DNA of 64,000 nt from Stegostoma tigrinum (Eukaryota): assembly GCF_030684315.1 (NCBI RefSeq), contig NC_081397.1:14966421-15030420 (forward strand). The letters run 5' to 3'. The number at the start of each line of letters is the position of its first letter. Positions within the stretch are counted from its first letter, which is position 1. The notes below the pieces were generated by a model that saw nothing but the letters and a program-made list of their open reading frames with translations, did not search any database and was not told the origin of the DNA. The translations under genes and the position numbers were made by a program. Shown here piece by piece: positions 41,895 through 54,617 of the stretch.

Positions 41895-41910
41895 GGCTCT
41901 GAAAAGAGCC
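41895..41910 (-). promoter_or_regulatory. Histone 3' stem-loop (H3)
   Basis: Minus strand GGCTCTTTTCAGAGCC-ACTAA followed by GAGAGAGC. Confidence 0.95.
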
Positions 41911-41954
41911 GTTGTGTTTCTCGGGGTGAATGTACAGGGCCGGGCACGCTCCGT

Positions 41955-42368
<414 letters not shown>

Positions 42369-43271
42369 CTACAACACACACACACAAGCTGCTACTCTCA
42401 ATGCTGAGTCTGCTGCGGCGCTGCCTATTTAAGGGAATGGAGAGCCCGCCCTAGAGCTGGGATTGGATACAGTCCCGTCCCTCAAATCCCCGAGAAATGG
42501 CCACTGAAGGACAGAAAAGGCAGTAAAATAATTATTGGAGGCTGATTGGTTAACTTCAAATGACAGTTGGTCAATTTCAAATCGCCCGCCGATTTCAGCC
42601 TGACCTTACAAAATATTAACAAGTCCCATGCGCCTGCGCCTAAGATTATATCTTATGCTTTACAAAATTTTCTTGTGAACCTAACTTGCAGTCAGCGCGG
42701 AGAGGGCTCTGAATCATTTCCTGACGCACCTCTAACAGGCAGGTGGAATGAACACGCCACTAAAACCTCGGCACGGCTACCAGAATCAAAACTGAACAAA
42801 TTATCATTCCTGGGAGCGTCAATGAAGTACAAACACTGTAATATGTATCATTTGCGCCTGGGCCCAAAATTACGGACAGAGCAAATTATTATTCCTGGTA
42901 TGGACAGCAGGTGTTATTACTGATATTCTGGTATTCACATGGAAGAGAATCAAAGATTTAGGGTTGAGAAACAGATCAGCCATGGTCGCATTACGGAGCC
43001 GGCCGCTCCTTCTGTATGTGACATAACCAGCTGCAGAACCGTATCGTCTCGACTGGCCGTGAAACCTCTATCTGTAGTGTAGGGATATCTTGATTATAAA
43101 ACACGTTACTGCAGACAGTATAATTTAACAATCGCGCTCTCTCTCTTGCAACGCGGGACACGAAGTTAATATATTTCCTGAAGGATTGATGCAAAATTAA
43201 AAGTCGTTGCACCCGCCCTATGTGCTGGTTCCCCATCCTCAGGTCTCCGCTCTCAATCGGAGTGTTTGGGT

Positions 43272-43287
43272 GGCTCTGAAAAGAGCC
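43272..43287 (-). promoter_or_regulatory. Histone 3' stem-loop (H4)
   Basis: Minus strand CCAAA-GGCTCTTTTCAGAGCC-ACCCA. Confidence 0.96.
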
Positions 43288-43317
43288 TTTGGGTTCGCTG
43301 GAAAAGGGACGATTTGC

Positions 43318-43638
<321 letters not shown>

Positions 43639-44506
43639 TCACTCCAATCGCTGCCGAGTGAGAGCCGAGCTGCCTCACCTTCCATTTTTATACAGCCCGC
43701 CCCGACCTGACTGAGAAAGAGCTGACAGGGAGTGAGAGGCGGCCCGGGCCGGAAACTGAGTGACAGACAGAGAAATGTTCAGCTCCGCCTCCAGCTTACT
43801 GCCGCCCCCAACTGGATCTGGAACTAAACCTTTTCTCCACAAGGGCAGTGAACACAAGGCCCGGCAGAAAACCTGCAGACTCAAACTTATGTTCAAAGAT
43901 AATAAAACCTGGATATTTTAAAGGCAAGATGACAAAGTGTGAAGCTGGATGAACACAGCAGGCCAAGCAGCATCTCAGGAGCACAAAAGCTGATATCACT
44001 GATACAATTTTAAAAGCAGTTGTGAAACAATTAAAAGCCCATGTCCTGGCCTTTCTTTCAGAAGACAGCATGTCAGCTTCCATTTCACAGATAGCAGGAA
44101 CTGCAGATGCTGTAGAATCCGACAAAGTCAGTTTCCATTGCTCCCGGTGAATCAGACAAAATCATTTCTTGGGGACTGTGTTGTGAAGCGGGGTTTCTGC
44201 GCCAGTGTTACTGTCTCCCTGAATATGTGAAATAGAAATGGACAGGAACTGAAACTGACATTTCCACAGCCATCATAACAAAGTGTGGGACTGGATGAAC
44301 ACAGCAGGCCAAGCAGCATCTTAGAAGCACAAAAGCTGACATTTGGGCCGAGACCCTTCATCCAGCCATTTCACTTTCCACAGCCATGTCACATTCCTCA
44401 ATGACTGCCTCTGGCTCAGGCTCACCCGACGTGGTTCATTCTCAGGGTCAGTGCAACATGTCCAATTCTGTTCACGATCACTCACGTTAACCTGTACAAT
44501 ACCAGG

Positions 44507-44560
44507 TTCATTTCTTTGCTGCTTTCTTGGTAACTTCGGTTTTCAGCTTGGCCTTCGCTT
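44507..44560 (-). pseudogene. Histone H1 C-terminal relic
   Basis: 25-nt exact match to 17995-18019. Translates AKAKLKTEVTKKAAKK* versus H1 PKAKPKAKVTKKAAKK*. Confidence 0.7.
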
Positions 44561-45689
44561 CAGTGAGCGTTTCCAATGTTTTCAATTGTATTTGCTCCTC
44601 CTGCTCTGACAGTGAACAGTACAAAATCAATCCCAACCGGAGATCAGCTGTTCTCCACTAAACAGAGACACACAGATGGTGCAGTTTCTCAGCATGGGGG
44701 GTATGTAGCTAACCACTGTCAAGGTGAGTGTGTGCCCGGACGGACTTTCCGAGAGGAGAAGGAATAGTGATGACCCCACTGTAATACAGGAGGATTGTTC
44801 TCAGGGTCAGTGCAACATGTCCAATTCTGTTCACTATCACTCACGTTAACCAATACAATACCAGAGAGATTTGGGATTGTAGTCAGGGGTTGTAGTGATA
44901 GAGCTTGCTGTTAGGGTGGATGGAGGCTATATCAAGTCTGATCAGTGTGTGAGTGTAAAACTGTGTCACAGAGTCGTGCAGTAAGGCATTCTTTGACTTG
45001 GGCCTCAGCATCATTGTATCCTCCACTGTCAACATCCTGGGAGCTACCATGAAGGACAAATTGAACCGGACTCACCCGATAAACGCATTGGCTACAAGAA
45101 CAGGGCCAAGGCTATGGATACTGCAGCAAGTAACTTCCCTCCTGATTTCTCAAACCTGTCCAAAATCTCCAACATTCAAGTCAGGAGTGTAAAGGTTTTC
45201 CCTCTGTAGCCCCCATTACCTGTATTAGTGCAGCTCCAACTGCACACAGCAAGCAAGGTACTATCCACGAAAAGGCTGCTCCTGTTTAATTGGCACCACA
45301 TTCACAAACATCCACTCTCTCAAATACAAAATTAGATAGCACCTACCAAACCCACAACTACTTCCATCTTGAAAGACAGCAGCAGCAGGTTCATGGGAAC
45401 TGCACGATCTGCAAGATCTTCTCCAAGACACTCACCATCCTGACTTGGAAGTATATTGGCCGTTCAGTCTGTGTCAATCTGTGAAAATCCTGCAACTCCC
45501 TTACTAATGGCAATGTGGGCCGACCTACAGCTCAGAGATTGCAACGGTTCAGGAAGGCAGTTCACTACCACCTTCTCACGGGCATTTCAGGAGGGTCAAT
45601 CAATGCTCAGACCAGTCAGTGATGTCCACAGCTGGCATTTTTTTTCTTTGAAATGTCTGCATTATTCTTGCCCAGTTACAAGGACTGTC

Positions 45690-46250
45690 CAAATTCTCTT
45701 AAAACACCCAGTTGTGAAACAAAGCATAGACTGGGTAATCATTTTGCACAACATCTATGTTCTGCTTGCAAAAAAGACCTTGAACTTCCTGTTGCCTGCC
45801 ACTTTAATGCACCACCCCGTTTCCAGTCCAACATCTCTGTCTCTGTCTTGCTGTAGAGTTCCATTGAAGCTCAACACAAACTAGAAGAACAACACCTCAT
45901 CTTCCACTTGGGGACTCTGCAGCCCTCCAGACCCAGTATCGAGATCAATATTTTTTGGGCCTAAACTCTACCCCTCACAAGGCCTTGTTACCACATACCC
46001 TGCCATTATCCACCACCCACTAAGAGTTCCCAAAAACTACTATTCAACCTCCCAGTCTGATCGTTATCAACTCTGTCCAAATGTTCTTCTCTCTGTTAGG
46101 CTTTGTCCGAACATTTATTCCAAACCCCATCACACTCCCCTTTTATCTGCATATAAACTGACGTTTTCCCAACCACCATCAAATCTGCGGAAAGGTCACT
46201 GGACCCAGAATGTTAATTTTGTTCCTTTTTCCTTCGAAGATGCTGCCACA
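45690..46250 (+). mobile_element. PLE 3' fragment
   Basis: ETKHRLGNHFAQHL...LPVACHFN resembles the GIY-YIG C-terminal half seen at 439-700. Confidence 0.7.
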
Positions 46251-46254
46251 CATT

Positions 46255-46700
46255 GAACCGCTCCAGGCCATTTGGCCCAACAAGTCCTCATCGCCCCCTG
46301 AAGAGCACCCTACCCAGACCTATTCCCCTACCCTTTATTTCTCATGTCTAATCCACCAAACCTAAACATCTCTGGGCACCACGGGCAATTTAGCACAGCC
46401 AATCCACCCAGCTTGCACACCTTCGGACTGCGGGAGGAAACAGGAGCATTCAAAATTATGCTCAAACTTTTATTCTATCTGAAAACAGTAAGGGAGGTGA
46501 CATGAGCAGAACAAAACATTGGCACATAGTTCACAATTATGCGCTTAATCTGCAGCACGCTTCATAGAATCACCATAGAATCCCTACAATGTGGAAACAG
46601 ATACTTCAGCCCAACTAAAATTCCACACCGACCCACTGAAGAGCATCCCCTCCCAGACCCATTGCACCGCCATTTCCCTGCAACCCTGCATTTCCCTTTG
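46255..46700 (-). mobile_element. HE1/V-SINE fragments
   Basis: GGGCAATTTAGCACAGCCAATCCACCCAGCTTGCACACCTTCGGACTGCGGGAGGAAAC (V-SINE core, antisense) and a second tail at 46570-46700. Confidence 0.7.
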
Positions 46701-46711
46701 TCACACACAAC

Positions 46712-47135
46712 CCAGAGGAGCGCATGCGTGAGGCCCTCCCCCAGCGCTGCCATTGACTCAGTGAGTGGAAGAGGTTTGTTTGAAACAGGCCGCAATGGAG
46801 AGACCAGCGCCCAGGGAAGCGAGGGAACAGCAGGCTCCTTCCAGCAGCGCATCGAGATGTGAGTCTGGGGCACAGAGGGGGCTCCGAGACCGGCATTGAT
46901 TCGGGTTCAGTTCAGGGAGAACCGGGGGCTGTTGGTAAGAGGCGGAGAGGAGCAGGAACTGGTCCCGGAACTTGGAGTGAGCGGCCTGGGGGCGGGGAGA
47001 GAGAGGCCTTTCTCGGGCTGTGTGTGGGCCTGCGGAGGGAGACACAGCGGCAAGAAGCTGCTGGGGGGTCAGTCTTGTGCTGTTCATCCTCTAAACTGGG
47101 ATGAAAATTCGTTGTTCGGCTTCAGTTTCGCGCTG
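46712..47135 (+). promoter_or_regulatory. CpG-rich promoter and first-exon module, copy 3 (ATG 46795, donor GTGAGT at 46859)
   Basis: GCGCATGCGT at 46720, TGACTCA, Kozak ATG. Core near-identical to copy 2. Confidence 0.65.
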
Positions 47136-47592
47136 TTTTTGGACATAGTGCCGTGAACAGTGGAAACATAGACTAGAGGCATGTTATAACCCGGAAAAGG
47201 ACAGGTATTTGAGTCCCCAGGTTAAATTTCTCACCTGAAATATTTAAAATAGCGCCCTTTGTTCTTCCTTTTCACAGGTAGTGTGTTGTGAGCTGGATAT
47301 TGATCTGTGTATGCATGCCTGTTTCTTCGGATAGCCCCATGTATGAAAGTACAGTTGTTGCTCAGTTTCTGATTCTCACTCAGTTGATTTCGAATTATTT
47401 CAGGAAAAAAAAGTACCATGAGAATTCCCAGAAAAGGAGCAGATCTGGAGAACAGGGAATAAAGCCTCTGGTTCTGTTCAATTTGCTCGTTTTCTTCTTT
47501 TAAAAACAAACACACGTCCCAATGATTATGAACTTGATGTTATGTTGATTAGTTCAATACGGCCAGACTTTCTGTATATTGACTTCCTCCAG

Positions 47593-47674
47593 GCAAATAC
47601 TTGAAGGACCAGGATGATGTTGTATTTCCTCGGTACAAAGCCAAATCTGACCAGTTACTGCTAACAATCAGCAG
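47593..47674 (+). other. Repeated 82-nt exon-like module, copy F (in frame with exon 1 copy 3)
   Basis: CTTCCTCCAG|GCAAATAC...ATCAGCAG|GTATGT. Frame KYLKDQDDVVFPRYKAKSDQLLLTIS. Confidence 0.62.
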
Positions 47675-49179
47675 GTATGTAGCCCACTGACGTTGACACA
47701 AGTTTTGAAGGTGGATAGTCTGATTGGTCATCCGAAATAGACACTCAGGAACAGCATTAAATCTGCATTTTATAAGGGCATTTTCAAAGTTACAATCAAG
47801 ACAAACAATAGATCATGCTGCAACATAGTTTCAACAGCCATACCTCAGTGAGATGTTAAGTACAGAAATGGGAAGAACCTGTGCAACAAGAGTTACTAAA
47901 GTGGATGAAACATGTTTAAATGAAGTTTATCAGTGACTGAGAAGGACAGAATTAATCCTTTGATGAATAATTCTCTCCTCCTCTCACTCTCACACACACA
48001 CACACACACACTCTGACTGACTGAAGGTGTATGTTACAATGTGGAACAACTAAATTGTTTTTGTGTTCACTGCAAATCATAGAAAATGATAGACTCAAAA
48101 TGATCTCCACTAACACCCTCAAGTTACAGAACTCTGCAGCACAAGAGAAAGGCCCGTCAGCCCATTGCGTCTGCACCTTTTTTTTCAATGAACAACTTTT
48201 AAAATCCCAATCAGCCAGCATTCTATTTCCATGAATGTATTGAGGCTGAAGAGGAACTGCTATCCTCACCCTTATCATTTCTTCACCTTACAGGAGTTAA
48301 TATTTCTTTTTTTTTTCTTCAGTCTGGCAAGAAACATTGTGTATCTCTTTGAATTTTTTGTTTCAATTTTCTACAAAGGGCTTGATGTTCATGTCAACCT
48401 TCCCTGCAGCACAATCATGTTAGTCCTCATGGTACGGACAAATGTCAGTGTAATATTAATCCCTCAATCGTACAGAGTCAGTGAATATCTACTGTACCTG
48501 AGATGGTTGCAGACATCACGAAGCTAGCACTGCAGCTATTCGCAGGCTGATAACTGGAGAACTAATGTCAAATTGGCACTAACAGACACTGACAGTGAGT
48601 GGAAGAAGTTCACAATTCCAACAATTACTGGAAACTAGTATGCAGAATGTAATGTCCCAGTGCAAGCACAGTGGGCTGAATGGTCTGCTTCCACGCTGCA
48701 CCTCATCTTGATTCTGATCCTGGTGATGAAGTAAATGATATTCTGTTGTATAGAGTATTAGTTTAAAAATGTAACATAGAAATAGCCAGACAGGTGCAAA
48801 ACAAAATTTTTAAGAAAGAGCACTAACGATGTCCAATACAAAAAAAATGAATCTAAATGTCTCATTGATACTACTGAAACCTGAAAAAACAAATCCCGTA
48901 CTGAGACAGAGAATCAGCATATGATACAATCGGTATATAAAACCCACACTCAGCACATAAACTGTAAATTGTGTTGTTGATTCAGAATGGTTCTCAGAGG
49001 AAACCAGCCCCATTTATATGACCCCTCCGAGATCCTGCCAACTGATAACGAACTAAGAAGTCTCAAAATGCCGAAGAGATTAAAATCCAGTCTCAACGCC
49101 CTATTAGCTATGTCAGAATGTGTTGCATATTCACAGAGAATATTACTGGCTGCAAGAGAATCAAGGCACATTGATACAC

Positions 49180-50810
49180 AACAGTAGAAACTGACAGATA
49201 CGGATTGATACCTACACTGACTCATTCACATTCCAGAAACACACAAAAGAAAATTGATGATGAAACACATATTCACATTCAAATAACAGAAACTGACAGG
49301 CATGGACTGATAATTTGACTTGGCCATTCACACAGCAAAAACTGACTGGAGAGATGGGGAAATGCAGCCTAACATTTATGTTGCAGATACTGACAGCAAG
49401 AATAATGTTGTTAGACACAAATTCACAGAATAAAAACTGACTGTTACACATTGATAAATGCATTTGCCTATTCAAAGCCAGAAACTCATAGGTGGAAATT
49501 GATGGGTAAAATCACACATTCCCAAAGCAGAATGATTGTTTATAACAGTCTTGGTTTCAAATAACTGATGGGGGACAGATTGGTAACTTCACTCACCGAT
49601 GCACAGAGCAGAAACTGACAGGCATAGAGCAATAACTACACTCATCTGCTGCCGTAGGTACATTTACATATTCACACAGAAGAAACTGACAGGTATTCAC
49701 TGATAACTAAACTCATATATTGACATAACAGAAACTGCAAGTGATAGACTGAGAATTACACAAACATATTCACCAAGCAGAGGCTGAAAGTGTACAGATT
49801 GATAACTACACAACTGTATTTACACAGCAGTCTGAGAGTGATAGACTGAATGTTAAACTCACATGGACAGAACAGAAACTGACAGGCAGAAATCAGCAGT
49901 GAAACTCTCATTCTTTTAGCTGAAACTGACAGGTAGAGATTAATAACTAAATCCTCACATTCACAAACCAGAAACTGATAGGGGCAGAATAATAATGACA
50001 TTGACATATGCACATAACAGAAAGTGATATGGACAGAATAAAAATATCACTCCCAGGCTCATTTGACATCATCTGAACAGTACGTTTGAACCACTAAATT
50101 CATTTTCACAGAAAAGTGTTTGCCAATTAAATATTGATAACTTTATTCCCAGATTGACAGAGCAGAAACTGATAGGCATAGATTGATAACTGAAATCATA
50201 TTCAAAGAGCAGAACCTGACAGGTACAGATCCATAACAGCACTCACATATTAACATATCAATTGCTATCTGTTAGTTCCAGCTAACATCATTCACATATT
50301 GACAAAGAAGTAACTGACAGATAAAAATAGACAACTATATTTATATATTCCCAGACCTGAAACTGGCAGGTACAGTGTGCTAAATACACTCATGCATTCA
50401 CATATCACACTGACAGGGACAAATTTAAAACACTATTTCACAGAGCACAAGTACAAGAATAGATTGATCACAGCAGTCATGCATTCACATAGCAGGACCT
50501 AACAGGTAAGGATTGATAATTATACTCATGTTTTGAAGTAGCAGATGCTTACAGCTAGAGATTAATTACTGCACTCACATATGCGCAGTACACAAACTGA
50601 CAGATAACTGCACTCAAAATTTCACATGGCAGAAACGAATATAAACAGATTGATAAATAAGCTCATATTTATATCGCAGAAATAGACAGTGACTAACTAC
50701 TTCTGTGTGAATATGTAAACATATTTATCAGTCAGTCTCTGTCAGTTTCTACAATGTGGATATATCAGTTTAGTTATCAGTCTGTCCTTGTCAGTTTCTG
50801 TGATGTGAAT
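49180..50810 (+). repeat. Degenerate 47-49-bp tandem repeat array, last ~110 bp inverted
   Basis: CTGAC or degenerate cores at 49293, 49342, 49390, 49437, 49485 and onward. Approximate consensus CAGAAACTGACAGGTACAGATTGATAACTACACTCACA(TA)TTCACACAG. Confidence 0.85.
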
Positions 50811-50811
50811 G

Positions 50812-51790
50812 TGTGAGGGAAGTGCATTGGATGCCATCTGTATGGAGTTTAGTGAGGTATTTGACAAAGTGCCACATGGTAGACTGGTCCAGAAAGTAAA
50901 AGCCTCTGGGATACAGGGCAATATGTTGAATTGGGTCCAAAGATGGCTCAGTAACAGGAAACAACATGTAATGGTTGATTGCTGCCTTTGTGAATAGAAA
51001 GCTGTTTCAAGTGGTGCTCAGCATGGCTCAGTGTTGGGACCCCTGCTGTCCGTTTTCTGCATTGATGATTTGGACTTGAATGTGGTGGGCTTATTTGAGA
51101 AGTTTGCAGACAACACAAACTTGGCCATGTAGTGGGGAGTGTAGAGGATAATTGTAAGATGCAAAATGGTACAGATAGTTTCATGGAGTCGGCAGGAAAA
51201 TGGCAGATGGAGTTCAGCTCTGATAAGTGCGAGATAATGCACTTTGGAAGCTCAAACAGTAAATGGAATCAAAAATAATTGAGAATATGTTGAGAGCGGT
51301 AGATGAAGTGAGAGATCTTGGCGTGCAGGTGCACAGGTCACTAAAGGTAGCAGTACAAGTATTTAGAATTGTAAACAAGGCATGTAGAATGTTCCCCTTC
51401 ATTGACAATGGTATGGAATACAAACGTAGGGATATAACTGTGAAACTGTATCTGGAAATGGTGAGTCTGCAACTGGAGTATTGTGTGCAGTTCTGGTCAC
51501 CACGTTCCAGGAAGGATGTAATTGCTGTGGAGGGAATGCAGAGGAGATTTACCAGAATGTTGCCAGGGCTGGAGATTGTAGCTACGAGGAGAGTTTGCAG
51601 AGGTTGTGGTTATATTGCTTGGAATAGAGGAGGCTGAGGGGTGTCGTGATTTTCGAAAACAAAACTGTGAAAAGGAGAGACAGAGTGGACAGGAGGAACC
51701 TGCTTGGAGAAACTGTTCAAAAATCAGAGGTCATTGATTGAAGTTAAGTGGCTGAAGGATCGGAGGATTCTTAAGGATTTTTTTTTAACA
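50812..51790 (+). mobile_element. CR1 LINE fragment
   Basis: FSEVFDKVPHGRLVQK and LQLEYCVQFWSP. Confidence 0.85.
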
Positions 51791-51829
51791 GTACGAAACA
51801 GTCTGACCTCTTCTAGCCTACCAATGTTA

Positions 51830-53370
51830 GGAAGCAAGATGTGCCAGGAACTTTGAGGAAGGTGAAGATAGGTAAGTCCCCCGGGCCTGATGGGATTTAT
51901 CCAAGGATTCTGTGGGAAGCGAGGGAAGAGATTGGAGAGCCCTTGGCAATGATCTCCTCGCCCTCACTGTCAACGGGTAGAGTGCTGGAAGATTGGAGAG
52001 TGGCAAACGTCAATCCCTTGTTCAAAAAAGGAAATCGGAATAACCCTGGAAATTACAGACCAGTTAGTCTTACGTCAGTGGTGGGCAAATTATTGCCAAG
52101 GGCTCTGAGAGGTAGGATTTCTGATCACTTAGAAAGGCACAGTTTGATTTGGGACAGTCAGCATGGATTTGTGAGGGGTAAAACATGCTTCACAAACCTG
52201 ACTGAATTCTTTGAAGATGTGACCAAACACGTGGATGAATGTAGAGCAGTGGATGTGGTATCCATGGATTTAAGTATGGCGTTTGATAAGGTTCCCCACA
52301 GTCGGCTCATGCAGAGGGTAAGGAGGCATGGGATAGAGGGAAATGTGGCAGATTGGATTCAGAATTGGCTGACCCTTAGGTGACAAAGGGTAGTAGTGGA
52401 CGGGAAATATTTGACATAGTGTTCAATTACGAGTGGTGTACCACAAGGATCTGTTCTGGGTTCTCTTCCATTTGTGATTGTTGTAAATGATTTGGTTGAA
52501 GGCGTGGAAGAATGCATCAGCAAGTTCGCAGACGATACGAAGGTGGATCATGTTGTGGGTTACAAAAGTACATTGATAGTATACGGAGCTGGGTTAAGAA
52601 TTGGTAAATGGAGTTTAACCTTGAAAAGTGTGAGATGATACATTTTGGAAGGACAAACTTGAAAGCAGAATACAGGGTTAGTGAAAAGATTCTTGGCAGT
52701 GTGGAGGAGCAGAGGGATCTTGGGGTTCATGTTCACAGCTCCCTGAAAGCTACCAGCCAGGTGGATAGAGCTGTTAAGAAGGCGTATGTTGTGTTAGCTT
52801 TCATTGACAGAGGGATTGAGTTCAAGAGCCATGAAGTTATGCTCCAGCTATACAAAAGTCTGGTTCGTCCACATCTGGAATATTGAGTCCAGTTGTGGTC
52901 ATGCCATTACAGGAAAGATGTAGAATCATTGGAAAAGGTGCAGACAAGATTTACCAGGATGTTGCCTGGAATGGAGGGAAGATCTTACGAGGAAAGGTTG
53001 GGAGAGCTTTGGCTTTTCTCTTTAGAGCGACGAAGATGAGAGTTGACTTGATAGAGGTGTACAAAATGATCAGAGGTATAGATAGAATGGACAACCAGAG
53101 ACTTTTTCCTCGGGTGAAGGTAGCTATTGTGAGGGGGCAGAGTGTTAAAGTGAGTGGAGGTAGATATTGGGGAGAAGTCAGAGGTGGGCTCTTTACTCAG
53201 AGAGTGGTCGGGGTGTGGAATGCATTCTGGAAAGGAGAGTGGAGTCAGCCTCTTTCGGGGCATTTAAACAGCTATGAGACAGGCATATGGATGATAGCAA
53301 TAGGTAGGAGTGGAGGTTAGATAGACATGAGGATTAGGGGAGACGTTCGGCACAACATCGTGGGCCGAGG
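51830..53370 (+). mobile_element. CR1/HER1-type LINE, 5'-truncated RT pseudogene
   Basis: KSPGPDGIYPRIL...NYRPVSLTSVVGK...QHGFVRG...AFDKVPH and LYKSLVRPHLEY. Confidence 0.92.
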
Positions 53371-53452
53371 GCGCGGGGGGGGTGGGTGGGTGGGTGGGGT
53401 AGCGGGTGTGCGGAGGGGCGGGTGGGGGGTGGGGGTGCGGCGGCAGTGGTGG
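53368..53452 (+). repeat. G-rich low-complexity tract (G-quadruplex potential)
   Basis: More than eight runs of three or more G with short loops. Confidence 0.8.
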
Positions 53453-53454
53453 TG

Positions 53455-54160
53455 CTCCCCCATTCTTTCTGAAGCCAATGGTCAGTTCTTTAGTTTTTCC
53501 AACATTGAGAGAGAGGTCGCCTTCACTGCACCATGTCATCAAGCCCTCTATCTCCCTTCTGGGTTTTGACTCCTGGTTGTTCCATATGTGTCCCACTATG
53601 ATGGTGTCATCAGCAAACTTGTAGATGGTGTTCATTTGGAAATTGGCGCCACAGTTTTGGGTGCACAGTAGGGGCCTGAGGTTGCATCCTTGGCGGGTGG
53701 CCTCCAGTGTTGTGTGTTACTGTAGAGGAGATGCAAATGTCTGTCTTCACTGATTGCAGTCTATGGGTTAGAAATTTGAGGATCCAGTTGCAGTGGGTGG
53801 AGCCGAGACCAAGGTCACAGAGTTTTGAGATCAGTCTGCATAGGGTAACGGTGTATAGATGTTCCAGGGATGAATAATCTCCTACAACCTCTTGAATCAG
53901 GCAGAAGATTCAGAAGCCCGAACAGGTTCAGGGGCAACTTCTTTCTGTTCATTCTTAAATTGATGAATCGACTCTTTGGCCTCAAATAATGATGATCTTG
54001 CTAATGTTGATCTCTCCGAGTGCGCACCCTGTGAAATGTAACCTGCATGCCTGTCTAAGTTGTTTTGTTCTGTACATCCTTGCTGACTGTGATCGGCCTG
54101 TACTGCTCGTAAACAGAGCATTTCACTGTCTCTCGCTACATGTGAATTTATTAAAACAAA
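53455..54160. mobile_element. Rex1/Babar fragment: RT part on - (53455-53870), 3' end on + (53880-54160)
   Basis: IYKFADDTIIVG...LSLNVGKTKELTIGFRK on minus. GRRFRS-type C-terminus and a tail homologous to 2150-2210 on plus. Confidence 0.75.
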
Positions 54161-54535
54161 ATTAACAGAGCATATACTGACAGGTACATATTTGTAACTA
54201 CACTGACGCATTCAACAAGTGGGAGCTGACAGATATAGATGGATAACGAAACTCACATATCCATATACCCACTAGCAGTATGTAGTCCCACTCATGCAGC
54301 TGTATCAGTGTTGGTTAGCTTTTGGATCTCACTCAACCGGGTATTCGAATTTTAAGAAAAGAAAATATCAAGGAGAAGCTCAGGCTAGGAGTAGAATCAG
54401 ACCGTGGTTCTGTTCAAATAAATAGCTCAAAACAAACAATCCTAATGAATAATTAACTGAATGTTACATTGGCAATATCACTCTGATCAATCTCAACTGA
54501 TGTTAGTTTACAGGAGGTATTCCTTCTTCCTCCAG

Positions 54536-54617
54536 GCCAATACTTGAAGGACCAGGACAATTTAGTGTTTTCTCAGTCCGAAGCCAATTGTGACCAGCAT
54601 CTTACAACAACCACCAG
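54536..54617 (+). other. Repeated 82-nt exon-like module, copy G
   Basis: TTCCTTCTTCCTCCAG|GCCAATAC...ACCACCAG|GTATGT. Frame QYLKDQDNLVFSQSEANCDQHLTTTT. Confidence 0.6.

Noticed and set aside
49180-50810. 48-bp array as a CRISPR array or as decayed C2H2 zinc-finger coding sequence (ATTCACACAGCAGAA resembles an HTGE linker)
   Set aside because: Eukaryotic context with no unique spacers. The period is 47-49 bp rather than 84, there is no Cys/His pattern and the frames are not maintained.
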